Assembly: GCA_964035545.1 (NCBI GenBank)
Contig: CAXIUT010000126.1
Coordinates: 124,001 to 188,000 of the forward strand
From: Bugula neritina
Lineage: Eukaryota; Animalia; Bryozoa
Direction of reading: 5' to 3'
Length of the DNA: 64,000 nucleotides
The first letter of the stretch is position 1, and every line of letters begins with the position of its first letter. Of this stretch, positions 1 through 17,100 are shown piece after piece. The notes under the pieces are model-generated. The model made no database searches and was not told the origin of the DNA. It saw nothing but the letters and a program-made list of their open reading frames with translations. The translations under genes and the position numbers were made by a program.

Positions 1-3000
1 ATATTTCAATGTGTTACAGTATATTTCAGTAGTTTACCATACATTTCGGTACGTTGCAGTATATTTCAATGTGTTGCAGTGTATTTCAGTATTTTGCAGT
101 ATTTTTCAATGTGTTACAGTGTATTTCGGTATATTACCGTATATTTAAGTATGTCGCAGTATATTTCAGTATGTTGCCGTATGTTTCAGTGTGTTGCAGT
201 ATATTTCATTTAGTTGCAGTGTATTTCAATTTGTTCCAGTGTATGTCAGTATAATGCAGTATGTTGCAGTGTGTTTCAGTATGTTACAGTGTATTTCAGT
301 ATGTTGCAGTATCTTGCAGTACATTTCAGTATGTTTTAGTATGTAGCAGTGTATTTCAGTATGTTGCAGTATATTTCAGTATGTTGCAGTATATTTCAGT
401 GTGTTACTGTTTTTTCCAGTATGTTACAACACATTTCCGTATATTAAACTATATTTCAGCGAGTTACAGTATATTTCAATGTGTTGCAGTGTATTGCAAT
501 ATGTTACAGCGTATTTCGGTATGTTGCAGTGTGTTGCAGTGTAATTCAGTATATTACATTGTATTTCAGTGTGTTGCAGTTCATTTCAATATGTAGCAGG
601 GTATTTCAGTATAGTGCAGTGTATTTCAGTATGCCACAGCATATTTCAGTATGTTGCAGTATATTGCAATGTGTCGCAGTATATTTCAGTATGTTGCTGT
701 ATATTTCAATGTGTTGCAGTGTATATCAATATGTTACAGTGTATTTGAGCATGTTGTAGTATTTTGCGGCGTATTTCAGTATGTTGCAGTATCTTGCAGT
801 ATATTTCAGCATGTTGCAGTTGTTTTCAATGTGTTACAGTATGTTTCAGTATATTACCGTATATTTAGGTATGTTGCAATATATTTCAATGTGTTGCAGT
901 GTATTTCAATATGTTCTAGTGTTTTGCAGTGTATTTCAGTTTGTTACAGTGTATTTCAGTATGTTGCAGTTTGTTGCAGTATGTTTCCATATGTTACAGT
1001 GTATTTCAGCATGTTGCAGTATATTTCAGTGAGTTGCAGTGTATTTCAGTGTGCTACAGCATATTTCAGTATGTTACAGTATATTGCAATGTGTCGCAGT
1101 ATATTTCAGTATGTTGCAGTATTTTTCAATGTGTTACAGTATATTTCATTAGTTTACCATATATTTCGGTGTGTTGCAGTATATTTCAATGTGTTGCAGT
1201 GTATTTCAATATGTTACAGTGTATTTCAGCATGTTGTAGTTTTTTGCAGAATATTTCAGTGTGTTGCAGTGTACTTTAGTATTTTGCAGTATTTTTCAAT
1301 GTGTTACAGTATATTTCGGTATATTACCGTATATTTAAGTATGTCGCAGTATATTTCAGTATGTTGCCGTATGTTTCAGTGTGTTGCAGTATATTTCATT
1401 TAGTTGCAGTGTATTTCAATTTGTTCCAGTGTATGTCAGTATAATGCAGTATGTTGCAGTGTGTTTCAGTATGTTACAGTGTATTTCAGTATGTTGCAGT
1501 ATCTTGCAGTACATTTCAGTATGTTTTAGTATGTAGCAGTGTATTTCAGTATGTTGCAGTATATTTCAGTATGTTGCAGTATATTTCAGTGTGTTACTGT
1601 TTTTTCCAGTATGTTACAACACATTTCCGTATATTAAACTATATTTCAGCGAGTTACAGTATATTTCAATGTGTTGCAGTGTATTGCAATATGTTACAGC
1701 GTATTTCGGTATGTTGCAGTGTGTTGCAGTGTAATTCAGTATATTACATTGTATTTCAGTGTGTTGCAGTTCATTTCAATATGTAGCAGGGTATTTCAGT
1801 ATAGTGCAGTGTATTTCAGTATGCCACAGCATATTTCAGTATGTTGCAGTATATTGCAATGTGTCGCAGTATATTTCAGTATGTTGCTGTATATTTCAAT
1901 GTGTTGCAGTGTATATCAATATGTTACAGTGTATTTGAGCATGTTGTAGTATTTTGCGGCGTATTTCAGTATGTTGCAGTATCTTGCAGTATATTTCAGC
2001 ATGTTGCAGTTATTTTCAATGTGTTACAGTATGTTTCAGTATATTACCGTATATTTAGGTATGTTGCAGTATATTTCAATGTGTTGCAGTGTATTTCAAT
2101 ATGTTCTAGTGTTTTGCAGTGTATTTCAGTTTGTTACAGTGTATTTCAGTATGTTGCAGTATGTTGCAGTATGTTTCCATATGTTACAGTGTATTTCAGC
2201 ATGTTGCAGTATATTTCAGTGAGTTGCAGTGTATTTCAGTGTGCTACAGCATATTTCAGTATGTTACAGTATATTGCAATGTGTCGCAGTATATTTCAGT
2301 ATGTTGCAGTATTTTTCAATGTGTTACAGTATATTTCATTAGTTTACCATATATTTCGGTGTGTTGCAGTATATTTCAATGTGTTGCAGTGTATTTCAAT
2401 ATGTTACAGTGTATTTCAGCATGTTGTAGTTTTTTGCAGAATATTTTAGTGTGTTGCAGTGTACTTTAGTATTTTGCAGTATTTTTCAATGTGTTACAGT
2501 ATATTTCGGTATATTACCGTATATTTAGGTATGTTTCAGTATATTTCAATCTGTTGCAGTGTATTTCAATATGTTGTAGTATGTTGCAGTGTATTTCAGT
2601 ATGTTACAGTGTATTTCAGTATGTTGCAGTATATTTCAGTATGTTACAGTGTATTTCAGTATGTTGCAGTATATTTCAGTGTGTTACAGTGTATTTCAGT
2701 ATGTTGTAGTATATTTCAGTGTGTTACAGTATATTTCAGTATGTTGCAGTATTTTTCAATGTGTTGCAGTGTATTTCAATATGTTACAGCGTATTTCAGT
2801 ATGTTGCAGTGTATTTCAGTATGTAGCAGGGTATTTCAGTATGTTGCAGTGCATTTCAGTATGCTACAGCATATTTCAGTATGTTGCAGTATATTGCAAT
2901 GTGTCGCAGTATATTTCAGTATGTTGCTGTATATTTCAATGTGTTACAGTATATTTCAGTAGTTTATCATACATTTCGGTACGTTGCAGTATATTTCAAT

Positions 3001-6000
3001 GTGTTGCAGTGTATTTCAATATGTTACAGTGTATTTCAGTATGTTGTAGTATTTTGCCGCGTATTTCAGTATGTTGCAGTATGTTGCAGTGTATTTCAGT
3101 ATGTTGCAGTATTTTTCAATGTGTTACCGTATATTTCAGTATATTACCATATATTTAGGTATTTTGCAGTATATTTCAATGTGTTGCAGTGTATTTCAAT
3201 ATGTTCTAGTAATTTGTGGTGTATTTCAGTATGTTACAGTGTATTTCAGTATGTTGCAGTATGTTTCAATATGTTACAGTGTATTTCAGTATTTTGCAGT
3301 ATATTTCAGTGAGTTGCAGTGTATTTCAGTGTGCTACAGCATATTTCAGTATGTTGCAGTATATTGCAATGTGTCGCAGTATGTTGCAGTATTTTTCAAT
3401 GTGTTACAGTATATTTCAGTAGTTTACCATATATTTCGGTATGTTGCAGTATATTTCAATGTGTTGCAGTGTATATCAATATGTTACAGTGTATTTGAGC
3501 ATGTTGTAGTATTTTGCAGTGTATTTCAGTATGTTACAGTGTATTTCAGTATGTTGCAGTATGTTTCAATATGTTACAGTGTATTTCAGTATTTTGCAGT
3601 ATATTTCAGTGAGTTGCAGTGTATTTCAGTGTGCTACAGCATATTTCAGTATGTTACAGTATATTGCAATGTGTCGCAGTGTATTTCAGTATGTTGCAGT
3701 ATTTTTCAAGGTGTTACAGTATATTTCAGTAGTTTACCATATATTTCGGTATGTTGCAGTATATTTCAATGTGTTGCAGTGTATATCAATATGTTACAGT
3801 GTATTTGAGCATGTTGTAGTATTTTGCAGTGTATTTCAGTGTGTTGCAGTGTATTTCAGTATTTTGCAGTATTTTTTAAATGTGTTACAGTGTATTTCGG
3901 TATATTACCGTATATTTAGGTATGTCGCAGTATATTTCAGTATGTTGCCGTATGTTTCAGTGTGTTGCAGTATATTTCATTTAGTTGCAGTGTATTTCAA
4001 TTTGTTCCAGTGTATGTCAGTATAATGCAGTATGTTGCAGTGTGTTTCAGTATGTTACAGTGTATTTCAGTATGTTGCAGTATCTTGCAGTACATTTCAG
4101 TATGTTTTAGTATGTAGCAGTGTATTTCAGTATGTTGCAATATATTTCAGTATGTTGCAGTATATTTCAGTGTGTTACTGTTTTTTCCAGTATGTTACAA
4201 CACATTTCCGTATATTAAACTATATTTCAGCGAGTTACAGTATATTTCAATGTGTTGCAGTGTATTGCAATATGTTACAGCGTATTTCGGTATGTTGCAG
4301 TGTGTTGCAGTGTAATTCAGTATATTACATTGTATTTCAGTGTGTTGCAGTTCATTTCAATATGTAGCAGGGTATTTCAGTATAGTGCAGTGTATTTCAG
4401 TATGCTACAGCATATTTCAGTATGTTGCAGTATATTGCAATGTGTCGCAGTATATTTCAGTATGTTGCAGTACGTTGCAGTATGTTTCAATATGTTACGG
4501 TGTATTTCAGTATGTTGCAGTATTTTTCAATGTGTTAAAGTGTATTTCAGTAGTTTACCATATATTTCGGTATGTTGCAGTATATTTCAATGTGTTGCAG
4601 TGTATTTCAATATGTTACAGCGTATTTCAGTATGGTGCAGTGTATTTCAGTATGCAGCAGGGTATTTCAGTATGTTGCAGTGCATTTCGGTATGCTACAG
4701 CATATTTCAGTATGTTGCAGTATATTGCAATGTGTCGCAGTATATTTCAGTATGTTGCTGTATATTTCAATGTGTTGCAGTATATTTCAGTATGTAGCAG
4801 TGTATTTCAGTATGTTGCAGTATATTTCAGTGAGTTGCAGTAAATTTCAGTGTGCTACAACATATTTCAGTGTGTTACAGTATATTGCAATGTGTCGCAG
4901 TATATTTCAGTATGTTGCAGTATTGTTCAATGTGTTACAGTATATTTCGGTAGTTTACCATACATTTCAGGACGTCGCAGTATATTTCAATGTGTTGCAG
5001 TGTATTTCAATATGTTACAGTGTATTTCAGTATGTTGTAGTATTTTGCGGCGTATTTCAGTATGTTGCAGTATCTTGCAGTATATTTCAGCATGTTGCAG
5101 TTATTTTCAATGTGTTACAGTATGTTGCAGTATATTTCAATGTGTTGCAGTGTATTTCAATATGTTCTTGTGTTTTGCAGTGTATTTCAGTTTGTTACAG
5201 TGTATTTCAGTATGTTGCAGTATGTTGCAGTATGTTTCAATATGTTACGGTGTATTTCAGTATGTTGCAGTATATTTCAGTGAGTTGCAGTGTATTTCAG
5301 TGTGCTACAGCATATTTCAGTATGTTACAGTATATTGCAATCTGTCGCAGTATATTTCAGTATGTTGCAATATTTTTCAATGTGTTACAGTATATTTCAT
5401 TAGTTTACCATATATTTCGGTGTGTTGCAGTATATTTCAATGTGTTGCAGTGTATTTCAATATGTTGTAGTATGTTGCAGTGTATTTCAGTATGTTACAG
5501 TGTATTTCAGTATGTTGCAGTATATTTCAGTATGTTACAGTGTATTTCAGTATGTTGCAGTATATTTCAGTGTGTTACAGTGTATTTCAGTATGTTGTAG
5601 TATATTTCAGTGTGTTACAGTATATTTCAGTATGTTGCAGTATTTTTCAATGTGTTGCAGTGTATTTCAATATGTTACAGCGTATTTCAGTATGTTGCAG
5701 TGTATTTCAGTATGTAGCAGGGTATTTCAGTATGTTGCAGTGCATTTCAGTATGCTACAGCATATTTCAGTATGTTGCAGTATATTACAAGGTGTCGCAG
5801 TATATTTCAGTATGTTGCTGTATATTTCAATGTGTTACAGTATATTTCAGTAGTTTACCATACATTTCGGTACGTTGCAGTATATTTCAATGTGTTGCAG
5901 TGTATTTCAGTATTTTGCAGTATTTTTCAATGTGTTACAGTGTATTTCGGTATATTACCGTATATTTAAGTATGTCGCAGTATATTTCAGTATGTTGCCG

Positions 6001-8104
6001 TATGTTTCAGTGTGTTGCAGTATATTTCATTTAGTTGCAGTGTATTTCAATTTGTTCCAGTGTATGTCAGTATAATGCAGTATGTTGCAGTGTGTTTCAG
6101 TATGTTACAGTGTATTTCAGTATGTTGCAGTATCTTGCAGTACATTTCAGTATGTTTTAGTATGTAGCAGTGTATTTCAGTATGTTGCAGTATATTTCAG
6201 TATGTTGCAGTATATTTCAGTGTGTTACTGTTTTTTCCAGTATGTTACAACACATTTCCGTATATTAAACTATATTTCAGCGAGTTACAGTATATTTCAA
6301 TGTGTTGCAGTGTATTGCAATATGTTACAGCGTATTTCGGTATGTTGCAGTGTGTTGCAGTGTAATTCAGTATATTACATTGTATTTCAGTGTGTTGCAG
6401 TTCATTTCAATATGTAGCAGGGTATTTCAGTATAGTGCAGTGTATTTCAGTATGCCACAGCATATTTCAGTATGTTGCAGTATATTGCAATGTGTCGCAG
6501 TATATTTCAGTATGTTGCTGTATATTTCAATGTGTTGCAGTGTATATCAATATGTTACAGTGTATTTGAGCATGTTGTAGTATTTTGCGGCGTATTTCAG
6601 TATGTTGCAGTATCTTGCAGTATATTTCAGCATGTTGCAGTTATTTTCAATGTGTTACAGTATGTTTCAGTATATTACCGTATATTTAGGTATGTTGCAG
6701 TATATTTCAATGTGTTGCAGTGTATTTCAATATGTTCTAGTGTTTTGCAGTGTACTTCAGTTTGTTACAGTGTATTTCAGTATGTTGCAGTATGTTGCAG
6801 TATGTTTCCATATGTTACAGTGTATTTCAGCATGTTGCAGTATATTTCAGTGAGTTGCAGTGTATTTCAGTGTGCTACAGCATATTTCAGTATGTTACAG
6901 TATATTGCAATGTGTCGCAGTATATTTCAGTATGTTGCAGTATTTTTCAATGTGTTACAGTATATTTCATTAGTTTACCATATATTTCGGTGTGTTGCAG
7001 TATATTTCAATGTGTTGCAGTGTATTTCAATATGTTACAGTGTATTTCAGCATGTTGTAGTTTTTTGCGGAATATTTCAGTGTGTTGCAGTGTACTTTAG
7101 TATTTTGCAGTATTTTTCAATGTGTTACAGTATATTTCGGTATATTACCGTATATTTAGGTATGTTTCAGTATATTTCAATCTGTTGCAGTGTATTTCAA
7201 TATGTTGTAGTATGTTGCAGTGTATTTCAGTATGTTACAGTGTATTTCAGTATGTTGCAGTATATTTCAGTATGTTACAGTGTATTTCAGTATGTTGCAG
7301 TATATTTCAGTGTGTTACAGTGTATTTCAGTATGTTGTAGTATATTTCAGTGTGTTACAGTATATTTCAGTATGTTGCAGTATTTTTCAATGTGTTGCAG
7401 TGTATTTCAATATGTTACAGCGTATTTCAGTATGTTGCAGTGTATTTCAGTATGTAGCAGGGTATTTCAGTATGTTGCAGTGCATTTCAGTATGCTACAG
7501 CATATTTCAGTATGTTGCAGTATATTGCAATGTGTCGCAGTATATTTCAGTATGTTGCTGTATATTTCAATGTGTTACAGTATATTTCAGTAGTTTATCA
7601 TACATTTCGGTACGTTGCAGTATATTTCAATGTGTTGCAGTGTATTTCAATATGTTACAGTGTATTTCAGTATGTTGTAGTATTTTGCCGCGTATTTCAG
7701 TATGTTGCAGTATCTTGCAGTGTATTTCAGTATGTTGCAGTATTCTTCAATGTGTTACCGTATATTTCAGTATATTACCATATATTTAGGTATGTTGCAG
7801 TATATTTCAATGTGTTGCAGTGTATTTCAATATGTTCTAGTAATTTGTGGTGTATTTCAGTATGTTACAGTGTATTTCAGTATGTTGCAGTATGTTTCAA
7901 TATGTTACAGTGTATTTCAGTATTTTGCCGTATATTTCAGTGAGTTGCAGTGTATTTCAGTGTGCTACAGCATATTTCAGTATGTTGCAGTATATTGCAA
8001 TGTGTCGCAGTATGTTGCAGTATTTTTCAATGTGTTACAGTATATTTCAGTAGTTTACCATATATTTCGGTATGTTGCAGTATATTTCAATGTGTTGCAG
8101 TGTA
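1..8104 (+). repeat. 10-bp-monomer satellite DNA, block 1 (CAGT-strand orientation)
   Basis: Continuous 10-bp periodicity (cagtatgttg, cagtatattt, cagtgtattt, caatgtgtta); columns stay in register except a +1 shift at ~3871-3881. Confidence 0.98.
125..2525 (+). repeat. 1190-bp higher-order tandem duplication
   Basis: Rare variant monomers and identical translated strings recur at offset 1190 (261/1451, 481/1671, 651/1841). Edges approximate. Confidence 0.9.
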
Positions 8105-11100
8105 AAATATACTGCAACATACTGAAATACACTGCTACATACTGAAATATACTGCAACACATTGAAATATACAGCAACATACTGAAATATACTGCGACAC
8201 ATTGCAATATACTGCAACATACTGAAATATGCTGTAGCATACCGAAATGCACTGCAACATACTGAAATACCCTGCTGCATACTGAAATACACTGCACCAT
8301 ACTGAAATACGCTGTAACATATTGAAATACACTGCAACACATTGAAATATACTGCAACATACCGAAATATATGGTAAACTACTGAAATACACTTTAACAC
8401 ATTGAAAAATACTGCAACATACTGAAATATACTGTAACACACTGAAATATACTACAACATACTGAAATACACTGTAACACACTGAAATATACTGCAACAT
8501 ACTGAAATACACTGTAACATACTGAAATATACTGCAACATACTGAAATACACTGTAACATACTGAAATACACTGCAACATACTACAACATATTGAAATAC
8601 ACTGCAACAGATTGAAATATACTGAAACATACCTAAATATACGGTAATATACCGAAAAATACTGTAACATATTGAAACATACTGCAATATACTGAAATAC
8701 ACTGTAACATACTGAAATACACTGCAAATTACTAGAACATATTGAAATACACTGCAACACATTGAAACATACTGCAACATACCTAAATATATGGTAATAT
8801 ACTGAAAAACACTGTAACACATTGAAATATACAGCAACATACTGAAATATACTGCGACACATTGCGATATACTGCAACATACTGAAATATGCTGTAGCAT
8901 ACTGAAATGCACTGCAACATACTGAAATACCCTGCTACATACTGAAATAAACTGCAACATACTGAAATACAATGTAATATACTGAACTACACTGCAACAT
9001 ACTGCAACATACTGGAATATGCTGTAACATATTGAAATACACTGCAACACATTGAAATATACTGCAAGTCGCTGAAATATAGTGTAATATACGGAAATGT
9101 ACTGTAACATACTGGAGTAAACTGTAACACACTGAAATACACTGCAACATACTGAAATACACTGTAACTCACTGAAATATACTGCAACATACTGCAACAT
9201 ACTGAAATACACTGTAACATATTGAAATACACTGCAACACATTGAAATATACTGCTACATACCGAAATATATGGTAAACTACTGAAATACACTTTAACAC
9301 ATTGAAAAATACTGCAACATACTGAAGTATACTGTAACACACTGAAATATACTACAACATACTGAAATACACTGTAACACACTGAAATATACTGCAACAT
9401 ACTGGAATACACTGTAACATACTGAAATATACTGCAACATACTGAAATACACTGTAACATACTGAAATACACTGCAAAAAACTACAACATGCTAAAATAC
9501 ACTGCAACACATTGAAATATACTGCAACATACCGAAATATATGGTAAACTAATGAAATATACTGTAACACATTGAAAAACACTGCAACAAACTGAAATAT
9601 ACTGCGACAGATTGCAATATACTGTAACATACTGAAATATGCTGTAGCACACTGAAATACACTGCAACTCACTGAAATATACTGCAACATACTGAAATAC
9701 ACCGTAACATATTGAAACATACTGCAACGTACTGCAACATACTGAAATATACTGCGACACATTGCAATATACTGCAACATACTGAAATATGCTGTAGCAT
9801 ACTGAAATACACTGCACTATACTGAAATACCCTGCTACATATTGAAATGAACTGCAACACACTGAAATACAATGTAATATACTGAATTACACTGCAACAC
9901 ACTGCAACATACCGAAATACGCTGTAACATATTGCAATACACTGCAACACATTGAAATATACTGTAACTCGCTGAAACATAGTTTAATATACGGAAATGT
10001 GTTGTAACATACTGGAAAAAACAGTAACACACTGAAATATACTGCAACATACTGAAATATACTGCAACATACTGAAATACACTGCTACATACTAAAACAT
10101 ACTGAAATGTACTGCAAGATACTGCAACATACTGAAATACACTGTAACATACTGAAACACACTGCAACATACTGCATTATACTGACATACACTGGAACAA
10201 ATTGAAATACACTGCAACTAAATGAAATATACTGCAACACACTGAAACATACGGCAAAATACTGAAATATACTGCGACATACCTAAATATACGGTAATAT
10301 ACCGAAATACACTGTAACACATTGAAAAATACTGCAAAATACTGAAATACACTGCAACACACTGAAATACACTGCAAAATACTACAACATGCTCAAATAC
10401 ACTGTAACATATTGATATACACTGCAACACATTGAAATATACTGCAACATACCGAAATATATGGTAAACTACTGAAATATACTGTAACACCTTGAAAAAT
10501 ACTGCAACATACTGAAATACACTGCGACACATTGCAATATACTGTAACATACTGAAATATACTGTAGCACACTGAAATACACTGCAACTCACTGAAATAT
10601 ACTGCAAAACACTGAAATACACTGTAACATATTGAAACATACTGCAACATACTGAAATACACTGTAACATACTGAAATACACTGCAAAATACTACAACAT
10701 GCTCAAATACACTGTAACATATTGATATACACTGCAACACATTGAAATATACTGCAACATACCGAAATATATGGTAAACTACTGAAATATACTGTAACAC
10801 ATTGAAAAATACTGCAACATACTGCGACACATTGCAATATTTTGCAACATACTGAAATATGCTGTAGCACACTGAAATACACTGCAACTCACTGAAATAT
10901 ACTGCAAAATACTGAAATACACTGTAACATATTGAAACATATTGCAACATACTGAAATACACTGTAACATACTGAAATACACCACAAATTACTAGAACAT
11001 ATTGAAATACACTGCAACACATTGAAATATACTGCAACATACCTAAATATATGGTAATATACTGAAATATACGGTAACACATTGAAAAATACTGCAACAT

Positions 11101-14100
11101 ACTGAAATACACTGCAAGATACTGCAACATACTGAAATACGCGGCAAAATACTACAACATACTGAAATACACTGTAACATATTGAAATACACTGCAACAC
11201 ATTGAAATATACTGCAACGTACCGAAATGTGTGGTAAACTACTGAAATATACTGTAACACATTGAAATATACAGCAACATACTGAAATATACTGCGACAC
11301 ATTGTAATATACTGCAACATACTGAAATATGCTGTAGCATACTGAAATGCACTGCAACATACTGAAATACCCTGCTACATACTGAAATACACTGCAACAT
11401 ACTGAAATACGCTGTAACATATTGAAATACACTGCAACACATTGAAAAATACTGCAACATACTGAAATATACTGTAACACACTGAAATATACTACAACAT
11501 ACTGAAATACACTGTAACACACTGAAATATACTGCAACATACTGAAATACACTGTAACATACTGAAATATACTGCAACATACTGAAATACACTGTAACAT
11601 ACTGAAATACACTGCAACATACTACAACATATTGAAATACACTGCAACACATTGAAATATACTGCAACACACCGAAATATATGGTAAACTAATGAAATAT
11701 ACTGTAACACATTGAAAAATACTGCAACATACTGAAATATACTGCGACACATTGCAATATACTGTAACATACTGAAATATGCTGTAGCACACTGAAATAC
11801 ACTGCAACTCACTGAAATATACTGCAACATGCTGAAATACACTGTAACATATTGAAACATACTGCAACATACTGCAACATACTGAAATACACTGTAACAA
11901 ACTGAAATACACTGCAAAACACAAGAACATATTGAAATACACTGCAACACATTGAAATATACTGCAACATACTGTAACACATTGAAAATAACTGCAACAT
12001 GCTGAAATATACTGCAAGATACTGCAACATACTGAAATACGCCGCAAAATACTACAACATACTGAAATACACTGTAACATATTGAAATACACTGCAACAC
12101 ATTGAAATATACTGCGACGTCCTGAAATGTATGGTAAACTACTGAAATATACTGTAACACATTGAACAATACTGCAACATACTGAAATATACTGCGACAC
12201 ATTGCAATATACTGTAACATACTGAAATATGCTGTAGCACACTGAAATACACTGCAACTCACTGAATTATACTGCAAAATACTGAAATACACTGTAACAT
12301 ATTGAAACATACTGCAACATACTGAAATACACTGTAACATACTGAAATACACTGCAAATTACTAGAACATATTGAAATACACTGCAACACATTGAAATAT
12401 ACTGCAACATACCTAAATATATGGTAATATACTGAAATATACGGTAACACATTGAAAAATACTGCAAAATACTGAAATACACTGCAAGATACTGCAACAT
12501 ACTGAAATACGCGGCAAAATACTACAACATACAGAAATACACTGTAACATATTGAAATACACTGCAACACATTGAAATATACTGCAACGTACCGAAGTGT
12601 ATGGTAAACTACTGAAATATACTGTAACACATTGAAATATACAGCAACATACTGAAATATACTGCGACACATTGCAATATACTGCAACATACTGAAATAT
12701 GCTGTAGCATACTGAAATGCACTGCAACATACTGAAATACCCTGCTACATACTGAAAAACACTGCAACATACTGAAATACGCTGTAACATATTGAAATAC
12801 ACTGCAACACACTGAAATATACTGCAACATACCGAAATATATGGTAAACTACTGAAATACACTTTAACACATTGAGAAATACTGCAACATACTGAAATAT
12901 ACTGTAACACACTGAAATATACTACAACATACTGAAATACACTGTAACACACTGAAATATACTGCAACATACTGAAATACACTGTAACATACTGAAATAT
13001 ACTGCAACATACTGAAATACACTGTAACATACTGAAATACACTGCAACATACTACAACATATTGAAATACACTGCAACAGATTGAAATATACTGAAACAT
13101 ACCTAAATACACGGTAATATACCGAAATATACTGTAACACATTGAAAAATACTGCAAAATACTGAAGTACACTGCAACACACTGAAATATTCTGCAAAAA
13201 ACTACAACATGCTGAAATACACTGTAACATATTGAAATATACTGCAACATACCGAAATATATGGTAAACTAATGAAATATACTGTAACACATTGAAAAAC
13301 ACTGCAACAAACTGAAATATACTGCGACAGATTGCAATATACTGTAACATACTGAAATATGCTGTAGCACACTGAAATACACTGCAACTCACTGAAATAT
13401 ACTGCAACATACTGAAATACACCGTAACATATTGAAACATACTGCAACGTACTGCAACATACTGAAATATACTGCGACACATTGCAATATACTGCAACAT
13501 ACTGAAATATGCTGTAGCATACTGAAATACACTGCACTATACTGAAATACCCTGCTACATATTGAAATGAACTGCAACACACTGAAATACAATGTAATAT
13601 ACTGAATTACACTGCAACACACTGCAACATACCGAAATACGCTGTAACATATTGCAATACACTGCAACACATTGAAATATACTGTAACTCGCTGAAATAT
13701 AGTTTAATATACGGAAATGTGTTGTAACATACTGGAAAAAACAGTAACACACTGAAATATACTGCAACATACTGAAATATACTGCAACATACTGAAATAC
13801 ACTGCTACATACTAAAACATACTGAAATGTACTGCAAGATACTGCAACATACTGAAATACACTGTAACATACTGAAACACACTGCAACATACTGCATTAT
13901 ACTGACATACACTGGAACAAATTGAAATACACTGCAACTAAATGAAATATACTGCAACACACTGAAACATACGGCAACATACTGAAATATACTGCGACAT
14001 ACCTAAATATACGGTAATATACCGAAATACACTGTAACACATTGAAAAATACTGCAAAATACTGAAATACACTGCAACACACTGAAATACACTGCAAAAT

Positions 14101-17100
14101 ACTACAACATGCTCAAATACACTGTAACATATTGATATACACTGCAACACATTGAAATATACTGCAACATACCGAAATATATGGTAAACTACTGAAATAT
14201 ACTGTAACACCTTGAAAAATACTGCAACATACTGAAATACACTGCGACACATTGCAATATACTGTAACATACTGAAATATACTGTAGCACACTGAAATAC
14301 ACTGCAACTCACTGAAATATACTGCAAAACACTGAAATACACTGTAACATATTGAAACATACTGCAACATACTGAAATACACTGTAACATACTGAAATAC
14401 ACTGCAAAATACTACAACATGCTCAAATACACTGTAACATATTGATATACACTGCAACACATTGAAATATACTGCAACATACCGAAATATATGGTAAACT
14501 ACTGAAATATACTGTAACACATTGAAAAATACTGCAACATACTGCGACACATTGCAATATTTTGCAACATACTGAAATATGCTGTAGCACACTGAAATAC
14601 ACTGCAACTCAATGAAATATACTGCAAAATACTGAAATACACTGTAACATATTGAAACATATTGCAACATACTGAAATACACTGTAACATACTGAAATAC
14701 ACCACAAATTACTAGAACATATTGAAATACACTGCAACACATTGAAATATACTGCAACATACCTAAATATATGGTAATATACTGAAATATACGGTAACAC
14801 ATTGAAAAATACTGCAACATACTGAAATACACTGCAAGATACTGCAACATACTGAAATACGCGGCAAAATACTACAACATACTGAAATACACTGTAACAT
14901 ATTGAAATACACTGCAACACATTGAAATATACTGCAACGTACCGAAATGTATGGTAAACTACTGAAATATACTGTAACACATTGAAATATACAGCAACAT
15001 ACTGAAATATACTGCGACACATTGTAATATACTGCAACATACTGAAATATGCTGTAGCATACTGAAATGCACTGCAACATACTGAAATACCCTGCTACAT
15101 ACTGAAATACACTGCAACATACTGAAATACGCTGTAACATATTGAAATACACTGCAACACATTGAAAAATACTGCAACATACTGAAATATACTGTAACAC
15201 ACTGAAATATACTACAACATACTGAAATACACTGTAACACACTGAAATATACTGCAACATACTGAAATACACTGTAACATACTGAAATATACTGCAACAT
15301 ACTGAAATACACTGTAACATACTGAAATACACTGCAACATACTACAACATATTGAAATACACTGCAACACATTGAAATATACTGCAACACACCGAAATAT
15401 ATGGTAAACTAATGAAATATACTGTAACACATTGAAAAATATTGCAACATACTGAAATATACTGCGACACATTGCAATATACTGTAACATACTGAAATAT
15501 GCTGTAGCACACTGAAATACACTGCAACTCACTGAAATATACTGCAACATGCTGAAATACACTGTAACATATTGAAACATACTGCAACATACTGCAACAT
15601 ACTGAAATACACTGTAACAAACTGAAATACACTGCAAAACACAAGAACATATTGAAATACACTGCAACACATTGAAATATACTGCAACATACTGTAACAC
15701 ATTGAAAATAACTGCAACATGCTGAAATATACTGCAAGATACTGCAACATACTGAAATACGCCGCAAAATACTACAACATACTGAAATACACTGTAACAT
15801 ATTGAAATACACTGCAACACATTGAAATATACTGCGACGTCCTGAAATGTATGGTAAACTACTGAAATATACTGTAACACATTGAACAATACTGCAACAT
15901 ACTGAAATATACTGCGACACATTGCAATATACTGTAACACACTGAAATATGTTGTAGCACACTGAAATTTACTGCAACTCACTGAAATATACTGCAACAT
16001 ACTGAAATACACTGCTACATACTGAAATATACTGCAACACATTGAAATATACAGCAACATACTGAAATATACTGCGACACATTGCAGTATACTGCAACAT
16101 AGTGAAATATGCTGTAGCATACCGAAATGCACTGCAACATACTGAAATACCCTGCTGCATACTGAAATACACTGCACCATACTGAAATACGCTGTAACAT
16201 ATTGAAATACACTGCAACACATTGAAATATACTGCAACATACCGAAATATATGGTAAACTACTGAAATACACTTTAACACATTGAAAAATACTGCAACAT
16301 ACTGAAATACACCGTAACATATTGAAACATACTGCAACGTACTGCAACATACTGAAATATACTGCGACACATTGCAATATACTGCAACATACTGAAATAT
16401 GCTGTAGCATACTGAAATACACTGCACTATACTGAAATACCCTGCTACATATTGAAATGAACTGCAACACACTGAAATACAATGTAATATACTGAATTAC
16501 ACTGCAACACACTGCAACATACCGAAATACGCTGTAACATATTGCAATACACTGCAACACATTGAAATATACTGTAACTCGCTGAAATATAGTTTAATAT
16601 ACGGAAATGTGTTGTAACATACTGGAAAAAACAGTAACACACTGAAATATACTGCAACATACTGAAATATATTGCAACATACTGAAATACACTGCTACAT
16701 ACTAAAACATACTGAAATGTACTGCAAGATACTGCAACATACTGAAATACACTGTAACATACTGAAACACACTGCAACATACTGCATTATACTGACATAC
16801 ACTGGAACAAATTGAAATACACTGCAACTAAATGAAATATACTGCAACACACTGAAACATACGGCAACATACTGAAATATACTGCGACATACCTAAATAT
16901 ACGGTAATATACCGAAATACACTGTAACACATTTAAAAAATACTGCAAAATACTGAAATACACTGCAACACACTGAAATACACTGCAAAATACTACAACA
17001 TGCTCAAATACACTGTAACATTTTGATATACACTGCAACACATTGAAATATACTGCAACATACCGAAATATATGGTAAACTACTGAAATATACTGTAACA